Shown: positions 19,654-29,819 of the stretch, piece by piece
Layout of the letters: every line of letters begins with the position of its first letter
How positions within the stretch are numbered: the first letter of the stretch is position 1
The notes under the pieces: generated by a model
Told to the model about the DNA's origin: nothing
Databases searched by the model: none
Seen by the model: only the letters and a program-made list of their open reading frames with translations
NCBI GenBank assembly: GCA_030637655.1
Contig: DAOWGI010000032.1
Coordinates: 1 to 52,513, forward strand
Direction of reading: 5' to 3'
Length of the DNA: 52,513 nucleotides
From: a candidate division FCPU426 bacterium
GTDB lineage: Bacteria; Oederibacteriota; JAAXVQ01; JAUVAV01
Made by a program: the position numbers and the translations under genes

Positions 19654-22600
19654 TCACATGGAAATTAATTCAGACAAGAACTTTTTAACCCCGGAAAGCA
19701 AATCCTTCGCCGGCATCCCCACTTCCAACCCGGGTTGCTCGCCTGGAATAAAGCGTAATCGACGCTTTGCGGTTCCAAATAAGCGTTTTACCCAATCCGC
19801 GGCCGGTTGATAGTAACGCGGCCAGAGCAACTTCATGACCTGTTGCCCAACCTGGATTTCCCGGATATTGATTTGCAAGGCTAAAAGACGAATTTCCGCG
19901 ACCTGGACCAGGGTTTGGGCCGGTATAGGCAAAGCGCCAAAACGAGACTCTATTTCTTTGACTAAGGCCTGTAAATCCTGAGTTTTCTTCACACCGGACA
20001 ATCGCTTGTAGAGATTAAGCCTGGTCATGGTATCCGGCACGTACTCCGGAGGCAAGAAAGCATCTTCCGGGATGGATATTTTCACTTCCCGCGGTCCTTC
20101 CTGCCGTTGGCCGCGCAGTTCCTGAACCGCTTCTTCCAGCAGACTGCAATAGGTCTCAAAACCCACAGCTGTAACCTGACCTGATTGCTCAGCTCCCAAG
20201 ACATCTCCGGAACCGCGAATTTCCATATCCCGCATGGCGATCTTAATTCCAGATCCCAATTCAGTAAATTCCTGGAGTGTAAGCATCCGCTTTTCCGCGT
20301 CCCCGGTCACAGCCCCGCCCACTGGATAAAACAAATACGCATAGGCTTGGCGATCCGCGCGCCCGACCCGGCCACGCAGTTGGTAAAGCTGAGCAATGCC
20401 AAGGGCATCGGCCCGATTGATTAGAATCGTGTTTACGTTGGGCATGTCCAAGCCGGATTCCACAATCGTGGTGGAGACCAGAATATCCTCGGTTTTGGCA
20501 ATAAAGCGTTCCATTACGGGCTCTAGTTGGTCCTGCTTCATTTTTCCGTGGGCAACAGCCACCCGAGCTTCAGGCACCAACCGTTTAATTCGTTCTGCCA
20601 TCTGACCAATATTGTGTACTCGATTATGAATAAAAAAGACTTGTCCGCCCCTGGCCATTTCCCGCAGAATGGCTTCCCGGATAGCAGCCTCAGAAAATTC
20701 CATGACATAGGTGCGGATGGGCAAACGATTCAGCGGAGGTGTTTCAATAATGGAAATATCCCGAATTCCGGACAAAGACAAATAAAGCGTACGGGGAATT
20801 GGCGTAGCCGTTAAAGTCAACACATCCAACATGGTCCTTATTTTTTTTAATTTTTCTTTTTGCGCTACCCCAAAATGCTGTTCTTCGTCCAAAATAAACA
20901 GACCCAGTTTGTTGAAGGTTACTTCTCTGCCCAGCAATTTATGCGTGCCAATGACAATATCAACAGCTCCCTGGGCCATATCCCGGAGCACGTTTTTTTG
21001 CTCTGTTGGACTCTTAAAACGGGATAATAGTTCAATTCGGATGGGATAGGCTGCCATCCTTTCCTGAAAGGTAGCATAATGCTGGTCTGCCAATATGGTA
21101 GTAGGTACCAGCATCGCGACCTGAAAGCCATCCTGTGCTGCCTTGAAGGCGGCACGCATGGCCACCTCGGTCTTACCAAAACCCACATCCCCGCAAATCA
21201 AGCGATCCATGGGTTTAGAGGATTCCATGTCGCTTTTTACCTCAGCAATGGACCGGGCTTGATCCGGTGTTTCTTCATAGGGAAACGACCCTTCAAATTC
21301 CTTCTGCAGCGCTGTGTCCGGTTGGAAAACATGGGCTTGGTGCACTTGCCGGGCAGCATAAATATCGAGCAATTTGGCTGCCATCTCGGTCACTGACTCA
21401 CGAACTCGTTGTTTGGTCTTCTCCCAAGTAGCTGTACCCAACTTATTGATACGCGGCGAATGATCACCACCAATATACTTTTCCACCAGGCGCAATTGAT
21501 CAGTAGGCACATACAGTTTTTCTTCACCGGCATACGCCAGGAGGACAAATTCGTTTTGCTTGCCGTCAATATTCAACTGCACCACACCTTGATAGCGCGC
21601 CACGCCATGGTCCCGGTGCACTGCCAAATCACCCACTTTTAATTCTAATACATCCGAGATAGGTTGCGAGGGATAAAAGCTGCCTTTAACCCGGCGTGGC
21701 TGGGGCCGGCCCAGATGACGATTAAAAATTTCCTGATCCGTAAACAGCACAAAGGCACAGACCGGATACTGAAAACCCTCGCTCAGATGACCAATATGAA
21801 AGGTAAAATGTCCCAGCAGATCAGGATCCTGCAATTGGGTGGCATGTTCCGCCAAAATTTGTTTTAAGCGCTTCTCTTCCGAATGATTGTGGGAGACTAA
21901 ATTCAATTCCAGACCTTTGGCTTTTAGCGCCTGTGCTTCCTTGATCAGCAATTCCAGATTGCCGCGCAATGGATTGGTCCCTTTCACAACCACTGACCAC
22001 TCAGCACAGGAGTCGCTCTCCGGCCATACGCTCTGTTTCAAGCGGCCGGTTTGAATACAGGTCATACGTTCCAAATTTTGACCAACCTGTTCAAAGGGTA
22101 TAAAAAGCTCATGCGGTTTGGGCAACATGCGCTCTTTTATCCGGTGCTCCCCGAATAAGCGCTGGGTACGTGTATCCTCTTGTTCTGCTTGCTTTAAGGC
22201 AGCTCCCGGCGAATCAACTACCACCAGCACATTATCGGAAAAATAATTCAGCAGCCGCGCTGTGGGCATAAAATACGGCATAAAATTTTCCAAACCGGGT
22301 TGTTGGGGCTGATTCTCCATTCTCTCCCGCAGAGTATTGACCTGCTGCTTACCGAATTGGCGATCCAAATCCGCTAATCCTTGTTTTACTTCTTCCGCGC
22401 CAAGCGAGAAAAGCCGGGCCGGATGGATCAGAGCCTGGGTAACCGTTCCGGGCGCAGCAGTGGCTTCCGGCCTGAGATGGAAACGACGGATGCTCACAAT
22501 TTCCGAGCCCTCGAATTCTATGCGCCAGGGCGCCAGATCTGCCGGTGGAAAGCAATCCAAAATGCCGCCGCGCACGGAAAATTGTCCGCGGCCTTCAACC

Positions 22601-23124
22601 ATGGGCTCGCGCACATATCCGCGCTCCAACAAAGAGGCTATAAATTTATCGCGATCCAGATACTCGCCGCGGGTTAGGGTAATGGTTTTTTCCAGCAACC
22701 AGACCGGATCCGGTAAAACTTCACGAACTTGTTCCATGGCAGCGATAACTACGCACTTTTCCCCTTGAACCAAACGATAAAGCACTTCCAGGCGTTCCCC
22801 TTCAATATCCATGTCTGTCAGCGCCTGTTCGTACGGCAGTATTTCCCGGCTGGGAAAGAGAAAGAGTTCTTCGCGTTCTGGATCCGGATGCTCCAAAAAA
22901 AGACGAAAGCGGTCATACAATTGTCTGGCTTCTTCCAAGGTGGGGGTGATCATCAACATAGGACGACGAAGGGTTTCGCGCACTCCGGCCCAGAAAAACG
23001 GAATGGCAGACCCCCACAAACCCGTGACCCGGGCTTTGGCCTGAGCATTTTGCTCTAAGTACTGACAGAGTTCAGTTTGCGCGGGATCTTGACGTAATTT
23101 AATTATTAATGAGCGTAAAGGCAT
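19654..23124 (-). CDS. mfd: transcription-repair coupling factor
   Basis: RGGILD, HRDHGVARY, DRLICGDVGFGKTEV, DEEQHFG, TATPIPRTL, QLRGRVGR, RDMEIRG. Confidence 0.97.
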   Translation of the reverse strand: MPLRSLIIKLRQDPAQTELCQYLEQNAQAKARVTGLWGSAIPFFWAGVRETLRRPMLMITPTLEEARQLYDRFRLFLEHPDPEREELFLFPSREILPYEQALTDMDIEGERLEVLYRLVQGEKCVVIAAMEQVREVLPDPVWLLEKTITLTRGEYLDRDKFIASLLERGYVREPMVEGRGQFSVRGGILDCFPPADLAPWRIEFEGSEIVSIRRFHLRPEATAAPGTVTQALIHPARLFSLGAEEVKQGLADLDRQFGKQQVNTLRERMENQPQQPGLENFMPYFMPTARLLNYFSDNVLVVVDSPGAALKQAEQEDTRTQRLFGEHRIKERMLPKPHELFIPFEQVGQNLERMTCIQTGRLKQSVWPESDSCAEWSVVVKGTNPLRGNLELLIKEAQALKAKGLELNLVSHNHSEEKRLKQILAEHATQLQDPDLLGHFTFHIGHLSEGFQYPVCAFVLFTDQEIFNRHLGRPQPRRVKGSFYPSQPISDVLELKVGDLAVHRDHGVARYQGVVQLNIDGKQNEFVLLAYAGEEKLYVPTDQLRLVEKYIGGDHSPRINKLGTATWEKTKQRVRESVTEMAAKLLDIYAARQVHQAHVFQPDTALQKEFEGSFPYEETPDQARSIAEVKSDMESSKPMDRLICGDVGFGKTEVAMRAAFKAAQDGFQVAMLVPTTILADQHYATFQERMAAYPIRIELLSRFKSPTEQKNVLRDMAQGAVDIVIGTHKLLGREVTFNKLGLFILDEEQHFGVAQKEKLKKIRTMLDVLTLTATPIPRTLYLSLSGIRDISIIETPPLNRLPIRTYVMEFSEAAIREAILREMARGGQVFFIHNRVHNIGQMAERIKRLVPEARVAVAHGKMKQDQLEPVMERFIAKTEDILVSTTIVESGLDMPNVNTILINRADALGIAQLYQLRGRVGRADRQAYAYLFYPVGGAVTGDAEKRMLTLQEFTELGSGIKIAMRDMEIRGSGDVLGAEQSGQVTAVGFETYCSLLEEAVQELRGQRQEGPREVKISIPEDAFLPPEYVPDTMTRLNLYKRLSGVKKTQDLQALVKEIESRFGALPIPAQTLVQVAEIRLLALQINIREIQVGQQVMKLLWPRYYQPAADWVKRLFGTAKRRLRFIPGEQPGLEVGMPAKDLLSGVKKFLSELISM

Positions 23125-23189
23125 AAGCTACTCTGTATTCATATTTGAAGTTATTCTAAAAGCATACTTGTCCAAACAAAGTCAAAACC

Positions 23190-26100
23190 CTATCCAATAG
23201 AATAGGGCGCAGATTGCTCTGTACGTATCTGCTCATAGGCTTGCTTCATCAGGCTTTCTCCGACAATTCGCTGAAATTCCTTTTCATTCATAAACTTGGC
23301 GGTTATTTCCTCATTTTGATCCATGCGCTCGATAAACAATCCTTCCAAAGCTTTCAAAAACACATAGCCAAAATTATCCATGGTATTCGCTTTCGCAGCC
23401 TGGCGGATATTGGAATCTGCTATTGCGTCCTCCATAATCGAGTCAAAGAACAACTGATCAGCAGGCTTAAATTCTGTGCCAAATTGTTCATTCAAAAAAT
23501 CAATTAACTGAGAAAGCTGTATTTTCATCTCATGAATCTTTCCGGTCCCAACATCCGTAGGTCCATATAGCGGACTATCTTCTGCAACCCGAAGATCAAT
23601 TGATCCTTCGCTGATTTTTTGAATGCGGTAATATTTCAAGGATATCTCATCATCAAAATGATAGGCAGGCCCATAATCTCTTTTAGGCAGCTTGGTTATC
23701 AGAAATCGAATATAGGTATACAGTTTTTCCAGGTCTGTATCTTGAAATGGAATGATTTGAGCCAAAAAGGCATATAGGTTTTTAAAAGCAAACAGAACTT
23801 TCCGGAATTCTTCTCTTTCCGCCAAATCCATTTGATTAAAACGACCAACTGTTGGGTCAAGACAGGCATTCATCCTGGCATGATCCTGCGGCATTTGTTG
23901 TCGTTTTGGCTGAAAATAAACTTTGCAGAACTCTTCAACTTCCTGCTTATGATAGACCTGCCAATCATCCAGCCTGGCCTGTATTTCATATAACTGCTTG
24001 ACTGTTACCTGTTCGCCTACATACGTTTCTTCATAATAGGGTTTAAATGCCTCGTAAATTTCCTCCGGATCATTCACAAAATCCAGCACAAAAGTATCAT
24101 CCTTGCCTGAATGTGTCCGGTTTAAGCGGGAAAGGGTTTGCACTGCATGAATGCCGGATAATCGTTTATCAACATACATGGAGTGCAAAAGAGGCTGGTC
24201 AAATCCGGTTTGATATTTCTCTGCTACCAGCAGGACTTGATACTCATCTGTCGCGAACTTCTCCGGTAATTCCTTTTCTTTAATCCTATTATTCATGGAA
24301 ACTTCCGTATATTCCTTACCCGGCAGATCAGGATCAACCACTGTGCCGGAAAAAGCCACCAATGTTTTAATATCTTTATAGCCTTTTTCTGAAATGTATT
24401 TATCAAAAGCCAGTTTGTACCTGACTGCATGTAATCTCGATGATGTTGCTACCATGGCTTTGGCCTTGCCGCCGATCTTGTGTCTCACAAAGGTTCTGAA
24501 ATGCTCAATCATGATCTCTGTTTTCTGGGCAATATTATGCGGATGAAGACTCATAAACCGTGCCAGAGCTTTAGCAGCCTTTCTTTTGTCCACTTCCGGA
24601 TCATCCTCAATTGATTTAATCAAACGGTAATAGGTTTTATACGTGGTGTAGTTCTTGAGCACATCAAGAATAAAATCCTCTTCTATGGCCTGGCGCATGC
24701 TGTACAAATGAAATGCTTCCGGTTTTCCATCCGTACCCGGACATCCAAATAATTCCATAGTTTTATATTTTGGCGTGGCAGTAAAAGCATAAAAGCTGAT
24801 ATTCGGCTGTCTCCCCCGTTTCGCCATGGTTTTTATAATTTCTTCTTCCTGATCTGTTAATCCTTCCTCCTCAAATTCCTCTTTGGCTGCTGCTTTAATA
24901 TCCGCACCGGCTAATACAGCTTTTAGCTCGGTTGCCGTCTCTCCGCTTTGCGAACTATGCGCTTCATCAATAATCACAGCGTATCTCCGCGAAGGCAAAT
25001 CGCCGATCTTCTCGGTAATAAAAGGGAATTTTTGTAAGGTCGTGATGATAATCGGTGTTCCGCCGGACAAAGCATTGGCAAGCTGTGTTGAATCGAGGTC
25101 TATTTTTTGCACCACACCTTGTTTATGTTCAAATTGATAAATAGTATTTTGTAGCTGCTGGTCTAATACCAGCCTATCCGTCACTACCACAATTGAGTCA
25201 AAGACTTTCTCATCATTTTCATTGTGCAAACTGGACAGGTGGTGGGCCAGCCAGGCAATTGAATTGCTCTTGCCGCTGCCTGCTGAATGCTCAATTAAAT
25301 AATTCTGACCAGTGCCTTTTTCCGCGGAATCAGCAATCAATTTCCTTACCACATCTAATTGATGATAGCGCGGAAAAATCATGGTTTCTTTTTTAATCTT
25401 TTTCCCTTCAATTTTCTTTTCTTTGATTCCCAAATGAATGAACCGGGCAAGAATGTCCAGGAATCTGTCTTTTTGCCATATCTCTTCCCACAAATAGGCA
25501 GTCTTATGTCCATTAGGATTGTCCGGATTACCGGCGCCTTTATCCCGGCCTTTATTAAAAGGCAAAAACACAGTGCTTTTTCCGGCAAGCTTGGTAGTCA
25601 TATAGACCTCATCCGGATCAACCGCGAAATGCACCAGGGTTCTTTTCTTGAATTGAAAAAACAGGTCTTTAGGATCACGGTCATTTTTATATTGGTGTAT
25701 GGCATGCTGCACCGTCTGTCCGGTCAGGGGATTTTTTAATTCAGCAGTTACCAGGGGCAAACCATTAAGACTTAAAACCAGATCAATACTTTTCTCGTAT
25801 TTATCGCTGTAATGAAGCTGGCGGGTAACGGTCAGACGGTTATCTTTATAAAGCTGCTGCGTTTCGGGATTAAGACCGCTGGCAGGCGCGAAATAAGCCA
25901 CTTTAAAGGTTTTGCCAAAGCATTTAAACCCATGGCGCAAAACTTTCAAACAACCTTCATGCTCGGAGTTCAATGCCCTACACAGATCATCCAATAGGGT
26001 TTCTTCTGTTTTTTCCTTTTGCAGGTTTTCAAGATAGGCCCATTCTTTGGGCTGAGTTTCCTGGATAAAGGAAAGCAGGATTTTCGGATCAAGACAGCGG

Positions 26101-26228
26101 ATGCGGTCAAAGGCGTCTTTATCTGTAGGGGCGGTTCGCGAACCGCCCCTACAATAGCCGGCCTTTTTGATTAAATAATCTTCAATCACATCTTCAAAAT
26201 CTTTTTCCTGATAAGGTGCCGGCATCAA
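23190..26228 (-). CDS. hsdR: type I restriction endonuclease subunit R
   Basis: ID..LNGLPLVTAELKN nuclease motif, HSAGSGKS, DEAH, FTATP, TGFDQP, QTLSRLNR. Confidence 0.95.
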   Translation of the reverse strand: MMPAPYQEKDFEDVIEDYLIKKAGYCRGGSRTAPTDKDAFDRIRCLDPKILLSFIQETQPKEWAYLENLQKEKTEETLLDDLCRALNSEHEGCLKVLRHGFKCFGKTFKVAYFAPASGLNPETQQLYKDNRLTVTRQLHYSDKYEKSIDLVLSLNGLPLVTAELKNPLTGQTVQHAIHQYKNDRDPKDLFFQFKKRTLVHFAVDPDEVYMTTKLAGKSTVFLPFNKGRDKGAGNPDNPNGHKTAYLWEEIWQKDRFLDILARFIHLGIKEKKIEGKKIKKETMIFPRYHQLDVVRKLIADSAEKGTGQNYLIEHSAGSGKSNSIAWLAHHLSSLHNENDEKVFDSIVVVTDRLVLDQQLQNTIYQFEHKQGVVQKIDLDSTQLANALSGGTPIIITTLQKFPFITEKIGDLPSRRYAVIIDEAHSSQSGETATELKAVLAGADIKAAAKEEFEEEGLTDQEEEIIKTMAKRGRQPNISFYAFTATPKYKTMELFGCPGTDGKPEAFHLYSMRQAIEEDFILDVLKNYTTYKTYYRLIKSIEDDPEVDKRKAAKALARFMSLHPHNIAQKTEIMIEHFRTFVRHKIGGKAKAMVATSSRLHAVRYKLAFDKYISEKGYKDIKTLVAFSGTVVDPDLPGKEYTEVSMNNRIKEKELPEKFATDEYQVLLVAEKYQTGFDQPLLHSMYVDKRLSGIHAVQTLSRLNRTHSGKDDTFVLDFVNDPEEIYEAFKPYYEETYVGEQVTVKQLYEIQARLDDWQVYHKQEVEEFCKVYFQPKRQQMPQDHARMNACLDPTVGRFNQMDLAEREEFRKVLFAFKNLYAFLAQIIPFQDTDLEKLYTYIRFLITKLPKRDYGPAYHFDDEISLKYYRIQKISEGSIDLRVAEDSPLYGPTDVGTGKIHEMKIQLSQLIDFLNEQFGTEFKPADQLFFDSIMEDAIADSNIRQAAKANTMDNFGYVFLKALEGLFIERMDQNEEITAKFMNEKEFQRIVGESLMKQAYEQIRTEQSAPYSIG
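26124..26153. repeat. perfect 30-bp GTAG-type REP palindrome inside hsdR
   Basis: TGTAGGGGCGGTTCG|CGAACCGCCCCTACA, translated in frame as CRGGSRTAPT. Confidence 0.85.
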
Positions 26229-27268
26229 ATCCAGCCTTTTTCCTTAAGACGATCCCAGGAAACATTGATATGACTGGGTTTCATTATCCTCTTTTTGCGG
26301 TTGCTCCAGGCATGGATATGTCGAATAGCCACTTCCGCATCCTGAGCGGCAGCCGGATCTTCCTGCGTTACCCAATGAACACTGGAAAGCAATTCCATTC
26401 CATAAGGTGTTTCAAAACCTTCAATAAGCCCGGTTACTTTTTCAAACCTCCTAAAGGTTTCCGGGTAATCGCCTAAAAACTTTTCAGCTTCTTGTGCAGC
26501 ACCGTCCAGCAAGGATATTTCAACATCCGGCTTATTTTGTCCGTCCCCATAACCACTGATAAAATGCCCGTCCATTACATTTAAAACATGCCGCAAGTTG
26601 TCCGCGTAAGGACCATAGCTGCCTTTCCGGTATTTCAACCGCAATGCCTCGCCGGCTGATTGCAAAAAATAAGCCAATTTATAAATTTCCAATAAGGACA
26701 ACCGGTAGTCATACCCGGGTATTTTGTAGCGGTTCATCAAACCAATAATCGCCGCCCTGCCAATTGTCATTCCTGGTTTTTGAGTACGGTTTTTCATTTC
26801 CTTTGCTTGAGGCGCACCGGAAGGTTCAAAAACAAGCACATTGACGTTTTTCAAAGAAGCAACCGCAGCTTCTATTCTTGGTTTAACCTCAGACCAACGC
26901 AACCCCCCCAAGCCACAGCCCAGCGGCGGAATGGCAATGGATGAAATATTTCTCAAAATGACTTCTTGTGCCAAGGCTTCTAAGCCGCTATCAATATCCT
27001 CAATCCGGCTTTTAGCTTTCCAGTGGCTTTTGGTCGGAAAATTAATAATATACCGTGGTCCGCAAGCCAAATGAGGCTCATAGATAAACATTTTCCCGAT
27101 TTTGACCTTTTTCGCCTCGCATGCTTCTTTATATGCCTCATAATTTTCCGGAAAAGCTTTTTTAAATTGCAAAGCAATCCCCTTGCCCATAATCCCCACG
27201 GTATTTACCGTGTTAACAATGGCTTCGGTATTCGCATCCAGAATATTACCTTTTTCAAACTCAATCAT
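26225..27268 (-). CDS. darG: DarG antitoxin (macrodomain DNA ADP-ribosyl glycohydrolase)
   Basis: NTVNTVGIMGKGIALQFK, INFPTK.HW, IPPLGCGLGGL, C-terminal KLAYFLQ..YGPY..GFETPYGMELL; directly downstream of darT. Confidence 0.93.
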   Translation of the reverse strand: MIEFEKGNILDANTEAIVNTVNTVGIMGKGIALQFKKAFPENYEAYKEACEAKKVKIGKMFIYEPHLACGPRYIINFPTKSHWKAKSRIEDIDSGLEALAQEVILRNISSIAIPPLGCGLGGLRWSEVKPRIEAAVASLKNVNVLVFEPSGAPQAKEMKNRTQKPGMTIGRAAIIGLMNRYKIPGYDYRLSLLEIYKLAYFLQSAGEALRLKYRKGSYGPYADNLRHVLNVMDGHFISGYGDGQNKPDVEISLLDGAAQEAEKFLGDYPETFRRFEKVTGLIEGFETPYGMELLSSVHWVTQEDPAAAQDAEVAIRHIHAWSNRKKRIMKPSHINVSWDRLKEKGWI

Positions 27269-27277
27269 GGCTCCCCC

Positions 27278-27916
27278 TCAAAAATACCATCCCGATTTTA
27301 CCACAATTCGCGGCTTGAAATCAGCCATAGAAATATGTTTCTCAACTTCTGTTGTTGCCATATTATTCATCACAGCAATGGCTAAAACTTTCGACCAAGG
27401 GTAACACTTGTGGACCAAAAATTCCGCCTGCCTTTGGCGTTTGCGGTCGGGAGCATCCGGGGTATCATTCCAATACTTGCTCCGCATCACGTTCCAATTG
27501 ATCTGACTAAGCTGGTTAAGATCATCATAAAACTCGCTTGGCAGCATTTCCGCATGACCGTCTGTAAAGCACCATGCCTGGCCGCAATTGCAGGCTTCAG
27601 TAATATTAGTAATCAAATAAACGACTTTTTCCTGGCCATCTTGATAACCCACAACATTCCCGTGATGAATTGCGCATAACATCGGAGAACGCGGCGCAAA
27701 ATAAAACGGTACATAATCCGCCACCGTTCCGTGGGCAGCTACCGACACCTGTCTCCTAGCCCTGCGATCCTTTATCTCCTGATGGGCAATACTCAGATTA
27801 TTAATCCCTCGGCTTAGCCTTTCATTATCGCAATACAGACCACCGGTTCTTATGATACCAGGCAGATTACGTATATGAGTGATATGGAATATATATTTTT
27901 CACGCGGATGCTTCAC
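27278..27916 (-). CDS. darT: DarT toxin (DUF4433 ssDNA ADP-ribosyltransferase)
   Basis: FHITHIRNLPGI...GL, YVPFYFAPRSPML, FTDGHA, RQAEFLV with catalytic Glu. Confidence 0.93.
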   Translation of the reverse strand: MKHPREKYIFHITHIRNLPGIIRTGGLYCDNERLSRGINNLSIAHQEIKDRRARRQVSVAAHGTVADYVPFYFAPRSPMLCAIHHGNVVGYQDGQEKVVYLITNITEACNCGQAWCFTDGHAEMLPSEFYDDLNQLSQINWNVMRSKYWNDTPDAPDRKRQRQAEFLVHKCYPWSKVLAIAVMNNMATTEVEKHISMADFKPRIVVKSGWYF

Positions 27917-27994
27917 GCCACCTTCTCTCCCCTCGCGTCAATTTTGCCCGTGACTGCGGCGGAAATCAATGCTCACAGTGCCTGGCAGCTATTT

Positions 27995-28600
27995 CTAGCT
28001 TTCCAAATGATTCCCGGTAAATATTTGACTCATAGTGGTACTTTTATTTGGTATAAAATCAATTCCATGCTTTTCTTTAATCTTTTCGGCGAACACTTCT
28101 ATTGGAAATTGAAATTCCTTGGATGCACTTGGGAACCCGTGCATGGGCATATACCTGTTACACCTATCCTGGGTATCCATTGACCTATCCTGGTAGTAAA
28201 ATGAATTTTTATGCTGTTTGACAAACTCATTCATCGCACCGATCGTGCGGCGGTTTTCAGATTTTGCAAAAACCTTCTGGCCACGGCACAAATCCATTAA
28301 TTTGGTTACAGCTTCGCCGCTTAGGCCCTCTATATAAAGAGCCTTGCCTAATCCTTTTTCAAAAATCTCTGACAGACGCTCTCTGATATCTTTACGCGGG
28401 AGGTTTGGAACGCAGAATGTAAATAATGTTTGCGTTTCAACAAATATGATCTGTTTTTTTCGTTCAAGAATAAATACATGGGCATACCACTCCTGAAAAA
28501 TATCAGGTGGATTTTCTAGAGTTACCAAATCTGCCGTCTTTATCCCCAACTCTTTTTGTAATTTTTGAGTGATGCGTATAAGTACCATATTATGCTCCAT
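27995..28600 (-). CDS. hypothetical protein, DUF6933-like
   Basis: IRITQKL..., EWYAHVF...RKK..IFV...TLF, NRRTIGAMNE pattern; coupled to the hsdS stop. Confidence 0.55.
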   Translation of the reverse strand: MEHNMVLIRITQKLQKELGIKTADLVTLENPPDIFQEWYAHVFILERKKQIIFVETQTLFTFCVPNLPRKDIRERLSEIFEKGLGKALYIEGLSGEAVTKLMDLCRGQKVFAKSENRRTIGAMNEFVKQHKNSFYYQDRSMDTQDRCNRYMPMHGFPSASKEFQFPIEVFAEKIKEKHGIDFIPNKSTTMSQIFTGNHLES

Positions 28601-29819
28601 CCCTCACATCAATCTTCCCTGTAACAGCAGCAGAAATTAAAGCTGTGCGGTATTCGCGGAGTAGATCGATGGATGCAGCAACAATTTTGCGAAACTTTCG
28701 CTCAAAGTATACCAATTCAGAGACTTTGTGTTGCGCTGCGATCGGTGGTACAGGGATATTCTCTTTTAGTAGAGTTCCAGCATTTAATGGTCGATTTCTG
28801 CCTGCCGCCCCACGAGAGTGCTCATTAAGCAAGAAGTCTCCCGTTTTGGTTGTGAAAAACGCGAACAAATATGCCGTTTCCATGAGGTTAGGCTTAGCAC
28901 GAAGAACAGGATAACGATGCGAAACTATACAACCGGCATCATCGTCCCTCGCAAGGGCTACAGCTCCTTCCCAAGCAAATTGTCCACTTAGAACCAGGTC
29001 GTTTGATTCGATCCAGAAAAAATCGGAATCTCCCAACTCAGATCCGGAAGTTGCTTCCTTATGAAAAATGCCTCGTCCGTAGTTATACAAACCAATGGGC
29101 GTATAAATCTCGTCATTCTTCCTGTTGATAGGCCGTTTTATTTGGTCAGCGATATAACCTATTCGCAAATCTTTAGTGGCATCATTTTGAATGGCTTCAT
29201 GGATGAGGGCGGCGCGTTTTTCCTCAAGCAATTCGATTTGTTTTTCTTTTTTGGCTATCAGGGAATCAATTTTCGCGGTCTCGCGGTCGAGGAAGGAAGC
29301 GATAGCTTTTTGTTCATCCAGAAGTGGTAATGGAAAATTAAAATTATTGAATTCTTCTCTAGGAAGCCGCCATCTTCCAAAACCGGACACACCTTGCCCC
29401 AAATGATAAAACAATTTGTGCTGGTAACATAATTGCAGAAGGTACAAATTATATTTGGAATCCGATGTTAAATTGTTTTTTATGGAAAACACTCTATAAT
29501 CTGGGCTTGTAACTCCACGGTATAATGAAATATCAACATAACCAGTTAATAAATCCATATGGTTCATTGCAAAATCACCAATATCAACTATTTGATATTT
29601 CGAATAATCCGAGGATAATTGTCCCTCATTACTTTCAATATCCTTGATTTTTATTCCTTGTCGAGTGATTGACAACACATCATAGCCTTCTTGGCCAGCT
29701 ATATTTTTATTAATATTAAAAAGATATCTTAACTTCCTAACATCCCAATGGTCTGGCACTTTGCCTAACCATTCAACCCCAGAGTCTTTATATTTTTGAT
29801 AGGCTTTTATTTGCATCAC
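28590..29819 (-). CDS. hsdS: type I RM specificity subunit S
   Basis: YKDSGVEWLGKVPDHW, PLLDEQKAIASFLDRETAKID.LI, LLREYRTALISAAVTGKIDV; two TRDs. Confidence 0.93.
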   Translation of the reverse strand: MMQIKAYQKYKDSGVEWLGKVPDHWDVRKLRYLFNINKNIAGQEGYDVLSITRQGIKIKDIESNEGQLSSDYSKYQIVDIGDFAMNHMDLLTGYVDISLYRGVTSPDYRVFSIKNNLTSDSKYNLYLLQLCYQHKLFYHLGQGVSGFGRWRLPREEFNNFNFPLPLLDEQKAIASFLDRETAKIDSLIAKKEKQIELLEEKRAALIHEAIQNDATKDLRIGYIADQIKRPINRKNDEIYTPIGLYNYGRGIFHKEATSGSELGDSDFFWIESNDLVLSGQFAWEGAVALARDDDAGCIVSHRYPVLRAKPNLMETAYLFAFFTTKTGDFLLNEHSRGAAGRNRPLNAGTLLKENIPVPPIAAQHKVSELVYFERKFRKIVAASIDLLREYRTALISAAVTGKIDVRDGA

